A stretch of DNA of 64,000 nt, from NCBI GenBank assembly GCA_963769935.1, contig CAVYNY010000015.1, positions 32,001 to 96,000 on the forward strand. The letters run 5' to 3'. Shown piece after piece: positions 59,237 through 64,000 of this stretch. The notes beneath the pieces were generated by a model that searched no databases, was not told the origin of the DNA, and saw only the letters and a list, made by a program, of their open reading frames with translations. Each line of letters starts with the position of its first letter. Within the stretch, counting starts at the first letter, position 1. This stretch comes from an uncultured delta proteobacterium (GTDB lineage Bacteria; Desulfobacterota; Desulfobacteria; Desulfobacterales; JAFDCJ01). Made by a program: the position numbers and the translations under genes.

Positions 59237-59803
59237 ATGAAAACCATGGTCCACAATCTGGTCATCGGCTACGGAAATTTGGAACGGCAGGACGACGGGG
59301 TCGGCTTTCACGTCGTCAACCGGCTGCGGCGGCACCTGGCGCAAAAGCCCCTGGCTTGGGACGATGACGGAATGTCCCGGCTCGGCGGCGGCACGGATTC
59401 CGTCTTTATCCGGCAATTGGTGCCGGAGTTGATCGAGACGATTGTCCACTATGACCGGGTGATTTTCGTAGATGCGCATGTACCGGCCGACAGGCCGAAT
59501 CTGGTGTGCACGCGCCTTTATCCGGGGGATGGCCTGGCGCTTTTCAGCCACCACATGCATCCGGCAATGCTGCTTGGGATCCTGCAGGCCGTATGGGATC
59601 GGGAACCGGTCGGCCATCTGCTCTCGATTCAGGGGTCTCGGTTCGACTTGGGCCGAAGGCTCTCCGCCGGGACTGCAGCCCTTGTGGCGCCGGCAACCGC
59701 AATGATTTTAGAAATGTTCGACACGCTGCCGGACCCCGGCCGTCGGCAGCCGGTCGAAAATCAGCGCATCCCAAAACCGGCTGAGTACAGAACCCCGTCA
59801 TAG
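59237..59803 (+). CDS. Hydrogenase maturation protease (HoxW-like)
   Basis: VIGYGN..RQDDGVG, QLVPEL, IFVDA, SHH; directly after the large subunit. Confidence 0.9.
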   Translation: MKTMVHNLVIGYGNLERQDDGVGFHVVNRLRRHLAQKPLAWDDDGMSRLGGGTDSVFIRQLVPELIETIVHYDRVIFVDAHVPADRPNLVCTRLYPGDGLALFSHHMHPAMLLGILQAVWDREPVGHLLSIQGSRFDLGRRLSAGTAALVAPATAMILEMFDTLPDPGRRQPVENQRIPKPAEYRTPS

Positions 59804-59877
59804 AGGCTGAAGCTTTGACTTCACCCCTCAGGAGAGGTCTTTGCCGGAAGATAAACCATGGAATAAAGGAGGATACC

Positions 59878-60630
59878 ATGCAAGTCAGTGTCCAGCAAAC
59901 CACCTATGTGCCGGGCACCTATGCCCGCAAACGTCCCGGCGCCGCCCAGACGGCCCAGCAATATATCCGGGAGTGGGAGCAAAAACGACTCAAAGCCGGC
60001 GAACCCAAGGCCGTTCCGGCCGAAATTCCACCGGCCATTTGTTTCTCGCGCAAAATCGGCGTCGGAGCCCTGGAAGTGGCCGATATTCTGGCGCAAAAAA
60101 TTAAATTCCGGGTTGCGGACCGGGAAATACTGGAAACCATCGCCACCGATAATAAGCTGGCCGCCAAAACCGTGGCATTTTTCGATGAGCGCTATCCCGG
60201 AAAAATGGTTGAATTAACCACCATGCTTTTCGGTGAAAAATCTTTTATCATGAGCGACTACATCCGCAAAATTATAAGCGCGGTCTTTGCCATGGCCGAA
60301 ACGGGTTCAACCATATTCGTCGGAAGGGGTGTGCATCTTTTGCTGCCGCGTGAGCGGGTTCTGGCAGTTCGATTTATCAGTTCAGACGACCACCGGATAG
60401 ACCGTCTGTCCCGGGTCCTGGGCATCGACCCCCAAGCGGCGGCCGGCGTGCTTAAAAAATCGGACAAGGAACAAAAGGAGTTTTTCAAAAAGGCCTTCGG
60501 CCGCAAAGAGGCCACCCCTTATGAATTCGATCTGCTCATCAACTTCGATTACCTCAAAAAGCCGGCGTCTGCTGCCGCGGTTGTCGCTGCCGCCTTCAGA
60601 GAAAAATTTAAAAGTCGGTCCGGGGGTTAA
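59878..60630 (+). CDS. Cytidylate kinase-like family protein (Cytidylate_kin2 type)
   Basis: ICFSRKIGVG, DREIL, IFVGRG, FDLLIN; AAGGAGG RBS. Confidence 0.85.
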   Translation: MQVSVQQTTYVPGTYARKRPGAAQTAQQYIREWEQKRLKAGEPKAVPAEIPPAICFSRKIGVGALEVADILAQKIKFRVADREILETIATDNKLAAKTVAFFDERYPGKMVELTTMLFGEKSFIMSDYIRKIISAVFAMAETGSTIFVGRGVHLLLPRERVLAVRFISSDDHRIDRLSRVLGIDPQAAAGVLKKSDKEQKEFFKKAFGRKEATPYEFDLLINFDYLKKPASAAAVVAAAFREKFKSRSGG

Positions 60631-60664
60631 AAACTTGAATGGCGAACAACAATTGGATTAAACG

Positions 60665-61687
60665 CTAGGACGCCCCGCTGCCGATATATTTCTGGACCAG
60701 ATTTTTCCAGGGCCAGCCATTGGCCTGATAAAAGTTTATCACCATCACCAGAATAAGTATCAGGCCCCAGATAAACTTTTTGACAAACGGGTTATAGCCG
60801 AGAATATTCAGTCCGCTTTGCAGAACCTGCAGGATAACGATGGCCATAAACATTCCCAGGACACTGCCGCGACCGCCATCCGGGTTGGTGCCGCCCAGGA
60901 TGGCGATTAAAACCCCTAGCAGCAGATACGCATATCCATACCCCGGTCTCATCGAGTTTACGCGCGAAATAATGATAATGGCCGAGACTCCGGCCAAAAG
61001 GCCCGATAAAAGATAGGTCTTGATCAGCACCATATTGTTATTGATTCCGGAAAATCGGGTAACCAGGGGGCTGGATCCCAACATGTACATTTTAAAGCCC
61101 TGCGAACTCTTCCTCAGCATGAGGGCTACGAGAACGGCGACAACGATGAAAATAATCAAGGGCATCGGCATTTTCAGAATTACCCCGCTGCCGATGAATA
61201 GAAACTCTTCCGGGAACCCTCGAAGGCCGTGTCCTTCGGTAAATATAATGGCAAGTCCAATAAACAGGCCGTTGGTGCCCAGGGTGGCGATGATGGCCGG
61301 CACACCGAGTGCCGTTATGACAACTCCATTTATTAAACCGCAAATCAGGGAAACCGCCAGGGCCAAAAGGATTGCAAGAAAAATTATGGCTATCGGCGAA
61401 ATTCCAAAGGCCTGCGCTTTGACATGACTTGCCAGAACCATGGCCCCCGCCACGCCGCTCAGATTGGCAATTGACACAACTGAAAGATCGATGCCGCCGG
61501 TAATCATGGACAGCATGACCCCCAAAGCAAGCAGTCCATACTCCGGAAATTGGCTCGCCATGGATTGAAAGTTGACGATCGTCAAAAACTTATCCGGTAA
61601 AAATATCGACATGGCAAAAATCGTGGCAATCATGATCACAAGCAGGGTCAGGTTATCCGACTTGCCAATTTTGAATTTTCCAGTCAA
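60665..61687 (-). CDS. Sugar (CUT2) ABC transporter permease
   Basis: ITGGIDLSV, PAIIATLG, IAILGG....GG.G. Confidence 0.92.
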   Translation of the reverse strand: MTGKFKIGKSDNLTLLVIMIATIFAMSIFLPDKFLTIVNFQSMASQFPEYGLLALGVMLSMITGGIDLSVVSIANLSGVAGAMVLASHVKAQAFGISPIAIIFLAILLALAVSLICGLINGVVITALGVPAIIATLGTNGLFIGLAIIFTEGHGLRGFPEEFLFIGSGVILKMPMPLIIFIVVAVLVALMLRKSSQGFKMYMLGSSPLVTRFSGINNNMVLIKTYLLSGLLAGVSAIIIISRVNSMRPGYGYAYLLLGVLIAILGGTNPDGGRGSVLGMFMAIVILQVLQSGLNILGYNPFVKKFIWGLILILVMVINFYQANGWPWKNLVQKYIGSGAS

Positions 61688-61764
61688 CGCTCGCTCCCAC
61701 CCCGATCAGGTTAACGATCAATCGGGAAATTAAAAATAAGAAGGACAGCTTTCACCTCAAGCTA

Positions 61765-62772
61765 CTAGTCGGCAAAGGAAAGGCTTCTTTTTCCCTGCAG
61801 CTTGCTTTGATAATGGGTGATGCCGACGCCGAGTACAATAATCAATCCCGTGAAAAACTCGTGCCAGTACGAAGACAGACCGATCAGGACAAGATTTTTC
61901 TCCAGAATAACCATCATGATGACGCCCAGCAGGGTACCGATCAGTGTACCGCTACCGCCGGTAATCCTGGAGCCGCCGATCACGACCGCGGCGATGACTT
62001 TCAAAAGTTCGGTATCGACGATATAATTTGGATTGCTGTAACGGATTAATGAAAGATGCATTACGCCCATAATCCCGGAGAGAAATCCGATATAGCTGTA
62101 AACGAAAAACTGCGTTCGGTTGATATGGATTCCCGCTCGCTTGGATGACTCATAGCTTCCGCCGATGGCGTAAATCGACTTGCCCAGCAGGGTGTGATTG
62201 AGTATCAGCCAGGTCATTAAAAAGGCGCAGGCCAGCAAAACAGCAAATATCGACAAACCGTAAGTGGTCCCGTCGGCCCGCGCCAGGGTGAGCACCTGCA
62301 AGTGGCCGAAGGCTTTGAAACAATCGGGCAGCTGGCCTGTATTGATTGCCCTGGTGCCGACAAAGACCAGCAGGGCACCGTGAAAAATATTGGCGGTACC
62401 CAGGGTTACAATCAGGGCCGGCATTCTGAACTTGCTGATAAAGAAGGCGTTGATGGCACCCATGGCGGTCCCGACAGCACAAGAGATCAGAAAAGCCAGC
62501 AGCAGATTGTCTATCCCCAGTGCGATGAGGGAGTTAACGGCGATGTACTGCCCTGAAATTGCAATCGCGGGAAAGGATATGTCGATGCCGCCCGCCAGCA
62601 GCCCCACAAAAAACGCAATCGCCAGGATCGCCATCCCCGAACTGCTTCTTATCAGATCGAACATGTTCTCCACGGTGAGAAATGTAGGATTGAACATGGT
62701 GACAAAAAAACTGAAGGCCATGATGACGAAAAATAGGTAGGTTTCATTTCTTTTTAACAGCTTTGCGAACAT
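61765..62772 (-). CDS. Sugar (CUT2) ABC transporter permease
   Basis: GGIDISF, PALIVTLG, IYAIGG, IAAVVIGGS.ITGGSG. Confidence 0.92.
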   Translation of the reverse strand: MFAKLLKRNETYLFFVIMAFSFFVTMFNPTFLTVENMFDLIRSSSGMAILAIAFFVGLLAGGIDISFPAIAISGQYIAVNSLIALGIDNLLLAFLISCAVGTAMGAINAFFISKFRMPALIVTLGTANIFHGALLVFVGTRAINTGQLPDCFKAFGHLQVLTLARADGTTYGLSIFAVLLACAFLMTWLILNHTLLGKSIYAIGGSYESSKRAGIHINRTQFFVYSYIGFLSGIMGVMHLSLIRYSNPNYIVDTELLKVIAAVVIGGSRITGGSGTLIGTLLGVIMMVILEKNLVLIGLSSYWHEFFTGLIIVLGVGITHYQSKLQGKRSLSFAD

Positions 62773-62898
62773 TTAACTCACCGATTCCATTTTCATAGGA
62801 CCTGTCCTTAAATTTCCCGCCGCCCCAGGCCCTATTCCGCCGAATCCTTTCTGCCGGCGCCGGTCATTTGGAGGCCGGCCCAAGGATTAAGTTTTTCG

Positions 62899-64000
62899 TC
62901 ACTGGGAAGCCCGAGCCGTCGCAAGTTCGTAAATATGGCCTGCAGAGACATTTTGCATGTCATCGATTTCCGCCACGATCTTTCCTTCCCGCATAACCAG
63001 CAGTCGATTGCAGTGCTGCAGCACCTCCGGAATCTCGTCGGAGATCATAATGATTCCCACCCCCTTGAGCGCGAAATTGCGGATGATATCATGGATGTCG
63101 TTTTTCGAGGCAATATCGATCCCGATGGTGGGGCCGTCAAGGATAAACAACTTCAGTTTGGTTGCCAGCCATTTTGCCAGCACGACTCTTTGCTGGTTTC
63201 CTCCGGACAGGCTGCTGGCCGGCATCTCGGCGGACGGCGTCTTAATCTTCAAGTCCTGAATCCACTTGTCTTCGACATTTCTCCTTTTTTCACGGGAAAT
63301 CAGCTTCAGCCGATTCAACAGTTTTTCAACCACCGTCACGACAATGTTGCTGCCGATTGATTTCTCAGTATAGAGACCCAGAACCAGCCGGTCCTCGGGC
63401 AGGTACCCCACGCCCAATTGCATGGCATCCTCAGCTGATTTTATCTCAACGGTCTGGCCCTCCAAAATGATCTGCCCGGAATCCGGCGGGTTCAAGCCGA
63501 ACAGGGAGAGCGCCAACTCGGTTCTGCCGGAACCGATCAGGCCGGTTATTCCAAGAATGTCACCGCGTTTGACGGACAAATTGACGTTCTGGTAATGGCC
63601 TTTGCGGCATAGATTTTTCAATTCGAGCAGATTGGCACTTGAAAAATGTTCCGGGTCGCGCCGGTAGGGGGTGGATTCAATTTTCCGGCCGGTCATTAAA
63701 AAGGATAATTTTTCGTTATCCAACTCGCCCGCAGGGTAATCGCCGACTTTAATGCCGTCGCGAATGATCGTTACATTTTCGGCAACTTCAAATACTTCTC
63801 CCAGCTTATGGCTGACAAACAACGTCGCAATGCCCTTGTCTTTCAAGCGCATGATGACTGAAAACAAATGATCGACCTCGGCCTTGGTTATGGCGGACGT
63901 CGGTTCATCCATGATGATCAGGCGGGCATTCTGGGTCAGGGCTCTGGATATGGCTACGATCTGTCTTTTAGACATGGACAGGTTTTCTACTTTTTCATAA
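62899..64000 (-). CDS. Sugar ABC transporter ATP-binding protein (tandem NBD), 3' part; 5' end beyond the window
   Basis: IMDEPTS, FVSHKL, GLIGSGRTE, PEDR, LSGGNQQR, ISDEIPE. Confidence 0.93.
   Translation of the reverse strand, partial: YEKVENLSMSKRQIVAISRALTQNARLIIMDEPTSAITKAEVDHLFSVIMRLKDKGIATLFVSHKLGEVFEVAENVTIIRDGIKVGDYPAGELDNEKLSFLMTGRKIESTPYRRDPEHFSSANLLELKNLCRKGHYQNVNLSVKRGDILGITGLIGSGRTELALSLFGLNPPDSGQIILEGQTVEIKSAEDAMQLGVGYLPEDRLVLGLYTEKSIGSNIVVTVVEKLLNRLKLISREKRRNVEDKWIQDLKIKTPSAEMPASSLSGGNQQRVVLAKWLATKLKLFILDGPTIGIDIASKNDIHDIIRNFALKGVGIIMISDEIPEVLQHCNRLLVMREGKIVAEIDDMQNVSAGHIYELATARASQ

Noticed and set aside
59878..60630. Housekeeping cmk
   Set aside because: P-loop lysine motif absent and not in the cmk-rpsA context.
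1578..63360. Many long antisense or alternate-frame ORFs (e.g. 15117-16244, 23864-24796, 31554-32675, 52020-52970)
   Set aside because: They overlap well-supported genes, lack family motifs and are expected shadow ORFs in GC-rich coding DNA.
1..64000. CRISPR array, rRNA, tRNA, transposase, integrase or phage genes
   Set aside because: None recognised; the repeats have no constant repeat-spacer periodicity and no cas or transposase motifs were seen.

Overview
64-kb chromosomal window from an anaerobic bacterium; gene content suggests Desulfobacterota/Desulfobacterales (inference). From left to right it holds: (1) a proteostasis/pH-stress cluster (UPF0182, USP, FtsH, P3A-type H+-ATPase, DegP, TauE). 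Three of its transcription units share a gapless 92-bp promoter module that ORF annotation does not show. (2) A catabolic cluster (VOC, HpcH aldolase, Ldh_2 dehydrogenase, four-subunit 2-oxoacid:ferredoxin oxidoreductase, DUF362 Fe-S protein, SDR, D-2-hydroxyacid dehydrogenase). (3) An RND efflux system, acyl-CoA ligase, MBL hydrolase, rhomboid and citrate synthase. (4) A sigma54-type CBS-DASS operon, a hexapeptide-repeat protein and a Fe3+/aminoethylphosphonate-type ABC transporter. (5) KhpA and a NarL-type two-component pair. (6) A sigma54-type operon for a group 3d-like [NiFe]-hydrogenase whose NuoF/HydB subunit is fused to a GltD/NfnB-like NADP(H) module, with its own sensor kinase and receiver. 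(7) A sugar ABC transporter cut by the right edge. Intergenic DNA is dense in REPs, a dispersed ~60-bp repeat, and inverted-repeat elements built from 7-9-nt tandem units, several lying inside operons. Seven single-base frameshifts in otherwise intact genes look like sequencing/assembly errors. I saw no rRNA, tRNA, CRISPR array or transposase. All family calls come from motif recognition, not database searches.
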